NCBI RefSeq assembly: GCF_003945235.1
Contig: NZ_RSDW01000001.1
Span: forward strand, 3,300,001 to 3,332,000
Origin: Edaphobacter aggregans
GTDB lineage: Bacteria; Acidobacteriota; Terriglobia; Terriglobales; Acidobacteriaceae
Length of the DNA: 32,000 bases
Direction: 5' to 3'
In this document: positions 24,209 to 32,000 of the stretch, piece by piece
How positions within the stretch are numbered: the first letter of the stretch is position 1
Layout: every line of letters starts with the position of its first letter
Made by a program: the position numbers and the translations under genes
The notes under the pieces: model-generated
What the model saw: the letters and a program-made list of their open reading frames with translations, nothing else
Told to the model about the DNA's origin: nothing
Databases searched by the model: none

Positions 24209-26059
24209 TTACTCTGCTCCTTCTTGTGCGGCGATCGCGTCGGTGACTGTGCGTGCATCGATGGGAAGTCCGTTGAAGTGGCGGACCGAGTGCAGTTTGG
24301 TGACTTGCGTAGGATCGAGATCGATCTTCAGCAGATTGAACATCTGTGAGTCGCGGTTTTGCTCGACGACGTAGACGCGTTCGTGGGTGGCGACAAAGTC
24401 GTGTATCTCCGACGTAAACGGATAAGCGCGGATGCGAAGATAGTCAGTCGGAAGCTGGGACTCACGCTCCAACTGGTCGCGGCTCTCAAGGACTGCCCAG
24501 TGGCTGGTGCCGAATGCGATGATCCCCACCCGCTGCCGGCCGGTGCCTTCGAGGATTGGTTTAGGGACGAGCGTTCTTGCGGTCTCGAACTTTCGCGCCA
24601 GCCGCAGCATGTTGTTTTCGTAGTCATCGGGCCGCTCGGTATAGAGGGCTTTTTCATTGTGGCCGCTGCCGCGGGTGAAGTAGGAGGCGGCGGGATGGTC
24701 CGTTCCGGGCAAGGTGCGATAGGGGATCGCGTCGCCGTCCACGTCTTTGTAGCGAGCGAAGCCGCCGACCTCTTCGAGCTGTTGGGCGCTGAGAACTTTG
24801 CCGCGCGTGATCGGTTTTTCCGGGTAGTCAAAGGGCTCCGACATCCAGCTATTCATGCCGAGATCGAGATCGGAGAGGACGAAGATTGGGGTCTGCAACT
24901 GTTCCGCAAGATCAAAGGCCTCGATGCCGAACTCGAAGCATTCTTTGACCGTTCCGGGGATGAGCATGACGTGTTTTGTATCGCCGTGGGAGAGCCCGGC
25001 GATGAAGGTGAGGTCGGCTTGCGAGGTGCGGGTCGGCAGGCCGGTGGAGGGACCGGTGCGCTGGATGTCGAAGATAACGCCGGGGATTTCGGCGTAGTAA
25101 CCGTAGCCTGCGAACTCTGCCATGAGCGAGATTCCGGGCCCGGAGGTCGCTGTCATCGAGCGGGCGCCTGCCCATCCTGCACCGAGAACCATGCCGATTG
25201 CGGCGAGCTCGTCTTCGGCTTGCACGATGGCGAAGTTCGATTTGCCGTCCTGCTCGATGCGGTACTTTTTCATGAAATCGATGAGTTGCTCGACGACCGA
25301 AGAGGACGGGGTGATCGGATACCACGTCACGACGGTGACTCCCGCGAACATGGCTCCCATAGCGGCGGCGGCGTTGCCATCGATGATGACTTTGCCGTCG
25401 GTTGCGTTCATGTGCTCGATCACATACGGGTCCTGCTTGGTCAGGGTGCTGACGGCGTAATCGAACCCGGCGTGGACAGCGTTCAGGTTCAGCTCGGCTG
25501 CTTTGACCTTCTTTGCAAATTGTTTGCGAACTGTCTTTTCGACCCACTCCATGTCGATCGATAGAAGGTGCGCGGCGACACCTACGTAGACCATGTTCTT
25601 GACCAGCTTGCGAACCTTCGCGTCCGCGCCTGTGGCGGCGGCTAGCCGGTCGAAGGGCACAGGATAATACGTCAGATCAGAGCGGATCTCATTGAGTTTG
25701 AAGGGTTCGTCATAGATGACTGCCGCGCCGGGAGCGAGGGAAAGCACATCTTCGCGAGCCGTCTCAGGGTTCATGGCGATCAGGACATCGATATCCGCTT
25801 TGCGTGCGACCCATCCGTAGCGGCTGACGCGAATGGTGTACCAGGTGGGAAGTCCCGCGATGTTTGAAGGGAAGAGATTTTTGGAGGAGACGGGCACGCC
25901 CATGCGGAAGATACTGCGAAGAAGGACGTTGTTTGCGGATTGCGAACCGGAACCGTTGACCGTTGCGATCTGAATTGAGAAGTCGTTGACGATCTGCTTT
26001 ACACCACCATCAGGGTCCGATATTGGCTGACCCTGCACTACAAGGCCACTGCTGGTCAT
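24209..26059 (-). CDS. korA: 2-oxoglutarate/2-oxoacid:ferredoxin oxidoreductase, alpha subunit (fused gamma-alpha type)
   Basis: 616 aa. The N-terminal gamma-like domain (IATVNGSGSQSANNVLLRSIFRMGVPVSSKNLFPSNIAGLPTWY) is followed by an alpha/pyrimidine-binding domain (GNAAAAMGAMFAGVTVVTWYPITPSS...GARSMTATSGPGISLM). It is paired with a beta subunit, as in two-subunit KOR/OFOR enzymes. Substrate specificity cannot be read from the sequence alone. Confidence 0.8.
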   Translation of the reverse strand: MTSSGLVVQGQPISDPDGGVKQIVNDFSIQIATVNGSGSQSANNVLLRSIFRMGVPVSSKNLFPSNIAGLPTWYTIRVSRYGWVARKADIDVLIAMNPETAREDVLSLAPGAAVIYDEPFKLNEIRSDLTYYPVPFDRLAAATGADAKVRKLVKNMVYVGVAAHLLSIDMEWVEKTVRKQFAKKVKAAELNLNAVHAGFDYAVSTLTKQDPYVIEHMNATDGKVIIDGNAAAAMGAMFAGVTVVTWYPITPSSSVVEQLIDFMKKYRIEQDGKSNFAIVQAEDELAAIGMVLGAGWAGARSMTATSGPGISLMAEFAGYGYYAEIPGVIFDIQRTGPSTGLPTRTSQADLTFIAGLSHGDTKHVMLIPGTVKECFEFGIEAFDLAEQLQTPIFVLSDLDLGMNSWMSEPFDYPEKPITRGKVLSAQQLEEVGGFARYKDVDGDAIPYRTLPGTDHPAASYFTRGSGHNEKALYTERPDDYENNMLRLARKFETARTLVPKPILEGTGRQRVGIIAFGTSHWAVLESRDQLERESQLPTDYLRIRAYPFTSEIHDFVATHERVYVVEQNRDSQMFNLLKIDLDPTQVTKLHSVRHFNGLPIDARTVTDAIAAQEGAE

Positions 26060-26358
26060 TTAAGAATGTTTCCCTTCCATGTGTTGTAGATACGTCCAGA
26101 TCGTTTCAACCTCGCGTTTACGGCACAGTCGCAGGTTAGACTCAACCTTCCCCGGAATTGTAGTCCAGAGAGGGGTGTATCTGGCTTGCTGTGTTTTTTG
26201 CGTGTTACCCCGCATATTGGTCGTTAATGCGGGCGCATTGGATTTACAGGATTTATTGGGGTTTCGAGGAGGTGGGCTGGGGTCTCGCTCACCCCGGAGG
26301 CGAATGTTTCGTCCATCTGGGCAAGACACCCGGACAACATTTGCGACAGGGTGCCCGC

Positions 26359-26397
26359 CGCCCAGAACCGAAGCGATAACGGTTCGGGCGCATTTTT
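26359..26397 (+). terminator. Terminator-like / attenuator-like hairpin about 55 nt upstream of nuoA
   Basis: CGCCC(A)GAACCG-AAGCGATAA-CGGTTCGGGCG forms 11 bp with one bulged A. It is followed by C-A-TTTTT-G. Confidence 0.45.
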
Positions 26398-26453
26398 GAG
26401 TTAAATGGTTCGCACCCATCTCCGAATCTGGTACGGTGGGGTGGTCGAATGCT

Positions 26454-26825
26454 ATGACAAACGATTCCTATCTACCTGTCATTGTGCTCCTGCTCGCGGC
26501 CCTGGCTTTTACCGTGTTACCGCTGGCGTTGGCTTGGTTATGGGCGAAGAAGTTTTCTCCGGGCAAGCCTGGCCCAAGCAAGAATGCGATCTACGAGTGC
26601 GGGCTTGAATCGGCAGACGACGCCTGGATGCAATTCAAGCCCGGCTATTACCTGTATGCGATCATTTTCCTGATTTTTGATGTGGAGGCGGTCTTTCTTT
26701 TGCCGTTTGCAGTGGCATTTACTGGTTTCACAGCACCAGAATGCATCGCCATGATGGGCTTCCTGCTTTTGCTGGTAGAAGGACTGGTGTGGGCCTATCA
26801 GAAAGACGTGCTGGTTTGGACTTGA
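26454..26825 (+). CDS. nuoA: NADH-quinone oxidoreductase (complex I) subunit A
   Basis: Three-TM small protein with the conserved YECG...F...[21 protein letters not shown] block. I prefer ATG 26454 as the start. The ORF-track GTG at 26436 is the alternative. Confidence 0.85.
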   Translation: MTNDSYLPVIVLLLAALAFTVLPLALAWLWAKKFSPGKPGPSKNAIYECGLESADDAWMQFKPGYYLYAIIFLIFDVEAVFLLPFAVAFTGFTAPECIAMMGFLLLLVEGLVWAYQKDVLVWT

Positions 26826-26841
26826 TGTCGATATAGAAGCA

Positions 26842-27540
26842 ATGCTGTTGCAACAAAGCTGGGACCATTTGGATGTTGAAACGCCCAAGGGTTTTGGAAT
26901 GGATGAGCAGCTAAAAATCGAGTTGGGCAAGCAGGGTATTTTCGCTACGACCTTGCAGGACCTCTATAACTGGGGTCGCAAGAACTCTTTGTGGCCGTTG
27001 AACTTTGGTCTGGCCTGCTGCGCCATCGAGATGATTGCCACAACGATGGCGCGCTATGACATGGCTCGATTCGGGGCGGAGGTTTTCAGGGCGTCTCCGC
27101 GGCAGGCGGACTTGATGATTGTCGCCGGCACAATCACTAAGAAGATGGCTCCGCAGGTTGTGCGCCTCTATAACCAGATGCCGGAGCCGAAGTACGTTAT
27201 CTCCATGGGCGCCTGCGCGATCTCTGGCGGCCCGTTCAAGCAGGGCTACAACGTTCTGAAGGGGATTGATCGCTATATTCCTGTCGATATATACATTCCC
27301 GGCTGTCCGCCGCGGCCCGAGGCTCTGATCGACGGGCTCATGGCTTTGCAGAAGAAGATCGACGACCAGCAGTTAACAGGGGATCATAAGCCACGCCATC
27401 TAGATCCCGATGAACCGAGCGAGTTCATTGTGCCGCAATTTGGAGCGCATGACCTGGAGCCGCCACAGAATCCCGAGGTCTGGCGTCCTCCCTTGGTCAA
27501 CATTTCCTTAGCAGGTGGGGATGACTCTGGAACCGATTAA
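26842..27540 (+). CDS. nuoB: Complex I subunit B (N2 Fe-S cluster subunit) with extended acidic/Pro-rich C-terminus
   Basis: [27 protein letters not shown] and PGCPPRPE supply the four N2-cluster cysteines. An alternative start at ATG 26899 (MDEQL...) would fit homologue lengths better. About 55 residues follow the conserved LQKKI. Confidence 0.85.
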   Translation: MLLQQSWDHLDVETPKGFGMDEQLKIELGKQGIFATTLQDLYNWGRKNSLWPLNFGLACCAIEMIATTMARYDMARFGAEVFRASPRQADLMIVAGTITKKMAPQVVRLYNQMPEPKYVISMGACAISGGPFKQGYNVLKGIDRYIPVDIYIPGCPPRPEALIDGLMALQKKIDDQQLTGDHKPRHLDPDEPSEFIVPQFGAHDLEPPQNPEVWRPPLVNISLAGGDDSGTD

Positions 27541-28153
27541 ATCCGAGATTGAAGCGAATGTTTCCGGTTGCCGGTTGGAGATTCTTCTCAACGGTAGCCC
27601 GTCGGGCCAGCTTTCTCTGCTGATCGATCCGGAGCATGCCTTGGCAGTGGCCAAGTTTTTACGTGACGCGGAGCATCTACGATTCGACTACTGTTCGAAC
27701 GTTACCGGCATCGATTGGCCGGGTAAAGAGATCTCTGTAACGGTGAAGACGAAAAAGATTGTGGATGGGGTGGAACAAGAGGTTGAAGAGATTCAAAAAA
27801 GCCAATCCGCGGGGTGTCTGGAAGCGGTATACCACCTTTACTCCATGGAGAAAAAGCATGGTCCGGTCATTCTCCGAATGCGAACCGAAAACCGCACCGA
27901 CCGAGTCAGCTTGCCCTCTCTTACGCCGATCTGGCGAGGTGCGGAGTTTCAAGAGCGGGAGATCTTCGATCTGTATGGAGTCGTCTTCGACGGGCACCCC
28001 GATTTAAGGCGCATTTTGATGTGGGATGGGTTTGAAGACCATCCGATGCGCAAAGACTACGTTGAACCGGATGACTACGAGTACGAACCGACGGCGCATG
28101 ATGAAGTGCTGCAAAAGGCGAAACGGCATTTAAATAGAGCGGGGTGGCCATGA
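27521..28153 (+). CDS. nuoC: Complex I subunit C (30-kDa subunit)
   Basis: [43 protein letters not shown] is the signature NuoC block. ATG 27521 is preceded by AGGTGGGG and overlaps the nuoB 3' end by 20 nt. Confidence 0.85.
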   Translation: MTLEPIKSEIEANVSGCRLEILLNGSPSGQLSLLIDPEHALAVAKFLRDAEHLRFDYCSNVTGIDWPGKEISVTVKTKKIVDGVEQEVEEIQKSQSAGCLEAVYHLYSMEKKHGPVILRMRTENRTDRVSLPSLTPIWRGAEFQEREIFDLYGVVFDGHPDLRRILMWDGFEDHPMRKDYVEPDDYEYEPTAHDEVLQKAKRHLNRAGWP

Positions 28154-29310
28154 GTGCCGCTACACTTCCCGCCGTGCATTTGACGCCGAAACCATCTATC
28201 GATGGTAGCGAGGGCCAATTGCTGGAAGTTTCAATGGGGCCTCAGCATCCCTCGACGCACGGCGTCTTTCGCATGGATGTTGTACTAGATGGCGAGCAAG
28301 TTGTGAAACTGAAGCCGGTGTTTGGCTATCTGCATCGCAATCACGAAAAAATAGCGGAGCAGGAGACCTATCTCGGTTCGATGCCTTACACCGATCGGCT
28401 CGACTACTTTTGCTCCATCACGAATAACTGGGCTTATGCGCTCGCTGTCGAAAAGCTGGCTGGCATACAGGTACCGGAACGCGCCGAGTACATCCGCATC
28501 ATTACAGGCGAGCTGACCCGGCTACAGAACCATGCCTGCCTGATCGGATTCTTGATGCAGGATATGGGCGCAAGCGGGACGCCGCTGATGTACGCCTTTC
28601 GTGAGCGCGAGAAAATTCTCGACCTCCTCGAGGCACTCACCGGATCGCGCATGATGTGCAACTACATGCGATTCGGCGGCTGCCGTGTGGATTTTCCTAC
28701 CGGCTGGCTCCAGCAGGCACAAAAGGTCGTCGAGGCGTTTCCGCGTTTTCTGGATGAATATGAACGGCTGCTTGCGGAGAATGAAATTCTTATGGCGCGT
28801 ACGCAGGGCATTGGCGTGCTGCCCAAGGAACTGGCCGTGAATGCCGGCGTTACCGGGCCAATGCTGCGGGCTTGCGGCGTCAATTATGACATTCGCAAAG
28901 TGGACAAGTATGGCATCTACGATCGCTTTTCTTTTCGAGTCCCACTGGGCGAACACGGCGATGTTTATGACCGCTACATGATCCGCCTGCTTGAGATGCG
29001 TGAGTCGGTCAAGATTTTGCAGGAAGCCATCAGAGACATTCCGTCTGGCGCGATTATGGATGCGAAGACCAAGATCCGTGGATTCCGCCCGAAGGCAGGA
29101 GAAGCCTACGGTCGAATCGAAGCGCCGAAGGGAGAACTTGGCTTTTATCTGATCAGTGATGGGTCGCCGAATCCGTACCGCTATCGCGTGCGCCCACCCA
29201 GCCTGATCAACCTCACTGTGCTGGAGGACATGTGTCTCAGCCATAACGTGGCAGACGTCGTTGTGATTTTAGGAAGTGTGGATATTGTGCTGGGCGAGGT
29301 AGATCGATAA
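28150..29310 (+). CDS. nuoD: Complex I subunit D (49-kDa subunit)
   Basis: [25 protein letters not shown], the MCNYMRFGG region and C-terminal [12 protein letters not shown] are present. Its start overlaps the nuoC stop as ATGA. Confidence 0.9.
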   Translation: MSAATLPAVHLTPKPSIDGSEGQLLEVSMGPQHPSTHGVFRMDVVLDGEQVVKLKPVFGYLHRNHEKIAEQETYLGSMPYTDRLDYFCSITNNWAYALAVEKLAGIQVPERAEYIRIITGELTRLQNHACLIGFLMQDMGASGTPLMYAFREREKILDLLEALTGSRMMCNYMRFGGCRVDFPTGWLQQAQKVVEAFPRFLDEYERLLAENEILMARTQGIGVLPKELAVNAGVTGPMLRACGVNYDIRKVDKYGIYDRFSFRVPLGEHGDVYDRYMIRLLEMRESVKILQEAIRDIPSGAIMDAKTKIRGFRPKAGEAYGRIEAPKGELGFYLISDGSPNPYRYRVRPPSLINLTVLEDMCLSHNVADVVVILGSVDIVLGEVDR

Positions 29311-29327
29311 ATAAGTAGGGGGCATCT

Positions 29328-29939
29328 GTGTTTGGTGAAGGTCTTCTGAAGGGTATGGCGGAAACGGCTCGAAATTTTCTGGGCAGTTACGTCAGTAAAG
29401 ATCGGCTGACTACCGTTCAGTTTCCAGAAGAGCGCGTGGCACCCATCGAGGCGTCGCGCAATTTTCCCTTCCTTGTTTATGACGGCAAGGACTGGCAACA
29501 GGGAATGCGCTGCGTCTCCTGCCTGATTTGCGAAAAGGAATGCCCGCCCAAGTGCATCTTCATTGAAAAGAGCACAGATAAAAAGCCGGATGCAACCGGT
29601 AAACCACAGTTTTATCCTGCTGTTTTCAATATTGATGTTTCGGTCTGCATGAGTTGTCAGATCTGCGTCGAGGTCTGTCCTTTCGACGCCATCAAAATGG
29701 ATGTCGCATTTGAATTGAGCACAGATAACCGCTTCGACGACCTGCTCTGGGACAAACAACGATTGGCCAAGTCGAACGAATACTATGGCAAAATTCACCC
29801 TACAGAGGCAGCTGCAGTGGATGCGCAATTGGCCGAGGGCAGAGCCAAGCTGGAGGCGAAGTCGAAAGTGACTACGGAAGCAAAGGCGGTCGGGGCCGCA
29901 GTACCTTCCGCACAAACAGTGAGCGGAGCCACAGAATAG
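29328..29939 (+). CDS. nuoI: Complex I subunit I (2x[4Fe-4S] ferredoxin-type subunit) with Lys/Ala-rich C-terminal extension
   Basis: Two CxxCxxCxxxCP motifs are present (CVSCLICEKECP, CMSCQICVEVCP) in a NuoI-like context (FPEERV..., NIDVSVC). GTG start with AGGGGG 5 nt upstream. About 55 residues extend beyond the conserved core. Confidence 0.8.
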   Translation: MFGEGLLKGMAETARNFLGSYVSKDRLTTVQFPEERVAPIEASRNFPFLVYDGKDWQQGMRCVSCLICEKECPPKCIFIEKSTDKKPDATGKPQFYPAVFNIDVSVCMSCQICVEVCPFDAIKMDVAFELSTDNRFDDLLWDKQRLAKSNEYYGKIHPTEAAAVDAQLAEGRAKLEAKSKVTTEAKAVGAAVPSAQTVSGATE

Positions 29940-30032
29940 AAATGACCTTGTCAACGACGGGTATCGAACTTACGATGGCTGCGTGTAGCACCGCAGCAAG
30001 CCAGGTGCGATCTTTTCTGAGTGCGGTGCGTG

Positions 30033-31208
30033 ATGCCTGAAACGATCGATCAGATATTTGTGATAGTGAAGCATTGGCTCTTGGGCTATGTACCAGTCGA
30101 AGTGCAGCCGTTGTTCTCTGCGTTGCTTTCGGTTGTGCCTATCCTCGTAGTGTTTCCACTACTGTTCGCGATTACGACTCTTCTTGAGCGCAAGGGCCTG
30201 GGACGAATCCAGAACCGCTACGGTCCAAACCGTACGGGTCCTTATGGCCTTCTTCAACCCATTGCCGATGCTGTGAAATCGCTGACCAAGGAAGATGTTG
30301 TTCCTAATACTGCGGATGAGGTGGTGCATTTCCTGGCGCCGTTGTTGCTCGTGTCGGCAGCGCTTCTGGCCTATGCGGTTTTGCCTGTTGGACGGAACAT
30401 GATCGTTGCCAATCTGAATGCGGGAGTGCTGTTTTTTTTCGCAGTTGGTTCTCTGGTGGAACTCGCGGTCTTCATGGCTGGTTGGTCCAGCCGAAATAAA
30501 TACTCCTTGCTTGGAGCAATGCGCGCTATTGCGCAGATGATCAGTTATGAAGTGCCTTTGGTGCTGGCGTCTATCGTTGTCATTATGGCTGCGGGCTCGC
30601 TTTCGACCGTGGCGATTGTAAAGGCGCAGGCTGGTTATGCGGGAATCTGGCCGCACTGGTTTGTCTTTACACCATGGGGATTCGCCGGGTTTGTTCTTTT
30701 CATGATTGCAGCGACTGCTGAATCCAATCGTTCGCCATTTGACCTGCCTGAAGGGGAATCTGAAATCATCGCGGGCTATTACATTGAATACTCAGGCTTC
30801 AAGTTCGCGCTCTTTTTCCTCGGCGAATACCTTGGCATGTTTGCGACCAGTGGAATGGCGATCACGCTGTTCCTTGGGGGGTGGGCTGCGCCGTTTTCTT
30901 TTCTAACCTGGGTTCCATCGTATTTTTGGTTTTTCTCGAAGCTATTGGTGTTGATCGCAGGATTCATCTGGGTCCGCGGCACTCTTCCGCGCTTGCGTAT
31001 GGATCAGCTGATGAACTTTGCATGGAGGTTCATGCTGCCAATGGCGTTGCTCAATATTTTCATCGCCGGGGTTTGGCATTTCATGCCTGCCGGACTTTCG
31101 CGATGGTTGGTATGCATCATTCTGGTTGCTGCTCCTTGCATCTTGTTGAGCCGCGGCCTGAAGAAGGAAAAGAAGCTTCAAGTTCGAACATATCGTTTTG
31201 CCGAATAA
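30033..31208 (+). CDS. nuoH: Complex I subunit H (ND1 homologue)
   Basis: LERKGLGRIQNRYGPNRTGPYGLLQPIADAVK, SRNKYSLLGAMRAIAQMISYEV, ESNRSPFDLPEGESEI and YSGFKFALFFLGEY are all NuoH signatures. The start is ATG 30033, or GTG 30021 as in the ORF track. Confidence 0.9.
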   Translation: MPETIDQIFVIVKHWLLGYVPVEVQPLFSALLSVVPILVVFPLLFAITTLLERKGLGRIQNRYGPNRTGPYGLLQPIADAVKSLTKEDVVPNTADEVVHFLAPLLLVSAALLAYAVLPVGRNMIVANLNAGVLFFFAVGSLVELAVFMAGWSSRNKYSLLGAMRAIAQMISYEVPLVLASIVVIMAAGSLSTVAIVKAQAGYAGIWPHWFVFTPWGFAGFVLFMIAATAESNRSPFDLPEGESEIIAGYYIEYSGFKFALFFLGEYLGMFATSGMAITLFLGGWAAPFSFLTWVPSYFWFFSKLLVLIAGFIWVRGTLPRLRMDQLMNFAWRFMLPMALLNIFIAGVWHFMPAGLSRWLVCIILVAAPCILLSRGLKKEKKLQVRTYRFAE

Positions 31209-31238
31209 AGAAATGTGTTGGAGTAGGTCGAGATCGAG

Positions 31239-31739
31239 ATGACAGTAGCCTTCCTCATCCTTGCCGCGCTGACGACCGCTGGAATGGCGGCGGCGATGGG
31301 TCTGCGCAACCTCGTTCATTGCGTACTGGCTTTGACGCTGGGTTTTGCTGGCTTGGCTGCACTGTATCTTCAGCTTGGCGCGCAGTTTGTCGGGTTTACG
31401 CAGATTCTTGTTTATGTTGGAGCGGTGGCAATCCTTGCCGTGTTTGCGATCATGATGACTCAGAGTGCGGGGTCGATGACGCGACCGGTTTTCTCCTCCG
31501 CTTGGTTAACAGGCAGTCTTGTTGCTGGTTCCGTCTTCGCCGTTCTTGCGTGGGCGATTTGTTCCGGCGCGGTGTCACGCAAAATGTTGCCTCCAGAACC
31601 TCAAGCTACCGTCCATCAAATCGGTGACGCACTCATGCATAGGTTTGTTTTGCCGTTGGAGATCATTGGGCTTCTGTTGACTGTTGCGTTGATCGGCGCA
31701 GTCGTCCTCGCGATGCACGGAAAACGGGAGACGCAATGA
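31239..31739 (+). CDS. nuoJ: Complex I subunit J (ND6 homologue)
   Basis: 166-aa polytopic protein with LGAQFVGFTQILVYVGAVAILAVFAIMM and C-terminal LPLEIIGLLLTVALIGAVVLA. It occupies the nuoJ position between nuoH and nuoK. Confidence 0.85.
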   Translation: MTVAFLILAALTTAGMAAAMGLRNLVHCVLALTLGFAGLAALYLQLGAQFVGFTQILVYVGAVAILAVFAIMMTQSAGSMTRPVFSSAWLTGSLVAGSVFAVLAWAICSGAVSRKMLPPEPQATVHQIGDALMHRFVLPLEIIGLLLTVALIGAVVLAMHGKRETQ

Positions 31740-32000
31740 GCTCGCTTACGAGTTATCTACTCTTGTCCGCCCTCTTGTTTTCTATCGGCTTGGCTGGCGC
31801 GTTAACGCGGCGCAGTGCAATTCTTGTTCTGATTGGAATTGAACTGATGCTCAACGCGGCAAATCTGAACCTCCTCGCATTCTGGCGTTATGGACCGAAT
31901 CCCGCGGCATTGACCGGGATTATGTTCACGATTTTTTCAATCAGTGTTGCGGCAGCAGAAGCGGCGGTTGGATTGGGCCTTATCCTCGCTGTTTACCGGC
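31736..32000 (+). CDS. nuoK: Complex I subunit K (ND4L homologue), 3'-truncated by the window edge
   Basis: This ORF is absent from the ORF track because no stop codon falls inside the window. ATG 31736 overlaps the nuoJ stop as ATGA. My translation is MSSLTSYLLLSALLFSIGLAGALTRRSAILVLIGIELMLNAANLNLLAFWRY...AAAEAAVGLGLILAVYR, which carries the NuoK signature GIELMLNAANLN. Confidence 0.85.
   Translation, partial: MSSLTSYLLLSALLFSIGLAGALTRRSAILVLIGIELMLNAANLNLLAFWRYGPNPAALTGIMFTIFSISVAAAEAAVGLGLILAVYR

Noticed and set aside
26060-26419. ORFs of 119 aa (-), 106 aa (+) and 62 aa (+) lie in the kor/nuo spacer.
   Set aside because: They have no recognisable domains or ribosome-binding site, and the three overlap each other. 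The region is better explained as a divergent promoter and leader with RNA structure.
36-29244. Many long ORFs antisense to, or out of frame with, the large genes. Examples are 36-1205(-), 1209-2132(-), 1945-2661(-), 4469-5365(-), 9306-10187(-), 11915-12979(-), 13745-14443(-), 24359-25564(+), 24912-25547(-) and 28522-29244(-).
   Set aside because: Their translations are Arg/His/Pro/Gly-rich with no recognisable motifs. Each one fully overlaps a gene with strong family signatures. This is the expected by-product of GC-rich coding sequence, which is depleted in stop codons in the alternative frames.
29942-30040. A 32-codon ORF (MTLSTTGIELTMAACSTAASQVRSFLSAVRDA) fills the nuoI-nuoH spacer and overlaps the nuoH start.
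   Set aside because: It has no Shine-Dalgarno sequence, is not hydrophobic as small complex-I accessory subunits are, and has no recognisable motif. It is probably fortuitous.
1-32000. A genomic island, mobile element or defence system.
   Set aside because: I found no integrase, transposase, recombinase, toxin-antitoxin, restriction or phage-like genes and no flanking tRNA. Composition looks uniform apart from the short AT-rich promoter spacers.

Overview
The window looks like a chromosomal segment from a moderately GC-rich Gram-negative bacterium. The taxon is probably Acidobacteriota. That is an inference from three things: CarboxypepD_reg-type TonB-dependent receptors with no SusD partner, a BlaI/BlaR1 pair, and a dispersed 'GTCATCCTGAGCG...' repeat. 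I saw no transposase, integrase, phage gene, CRISPR array, tRNA or rRNA.

The left two-thirds (1-21000) is an envelope and nutrient-acquisition block:
- Two paralogous exported BNR/Asp-box double-propeller proteins of about 1080 aa. The first is followed by one TonB-dependent receptor (TBDR) and the second by two, giving three TBDRs in total.
- A eukaryote-like glutamate-carboxypeptidase-II-type M28 peptidase.
- A minus-strand three-gene operon between them: a BlaI-family repressor, an M56/BlaR1-type protease with no sensor domain, and a stand-alone di-haem ferric-reductase-type membrane protein.

The right third is energy metabolism:
- Glutaryl-CoA dehydrogenase.
- A non-coding gap of about 750 nt with several repeat families, an orphan intrinsic terminator and a G-quadruplex motif.
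- A two-subunit 2-oxoacid:ferredoxin oxidoreductase (korAB).
- Divergent from korAB, a complex-I operon in the order nuoA-B-C-D-I-H-J-K(partial). It has no nuoEFG where that module normally sits.

The most interesting hypotheses are:
1. The BlaI / sensor-less M56 / di-haem protein operon is a redox- or haem-gated proteolytic signalling system.
2. The EFG-less Nuo cluster paired with korAB, whose NuoI carries a Lys/Ala-rich tail, is a ferredoxin:quinone oxidoreductase.
3. The repeat-rich region upstream of gcdH is either a structured ncRNA or a long regulatory leader.

All product calls come from motifs read by eye. No database search was run.
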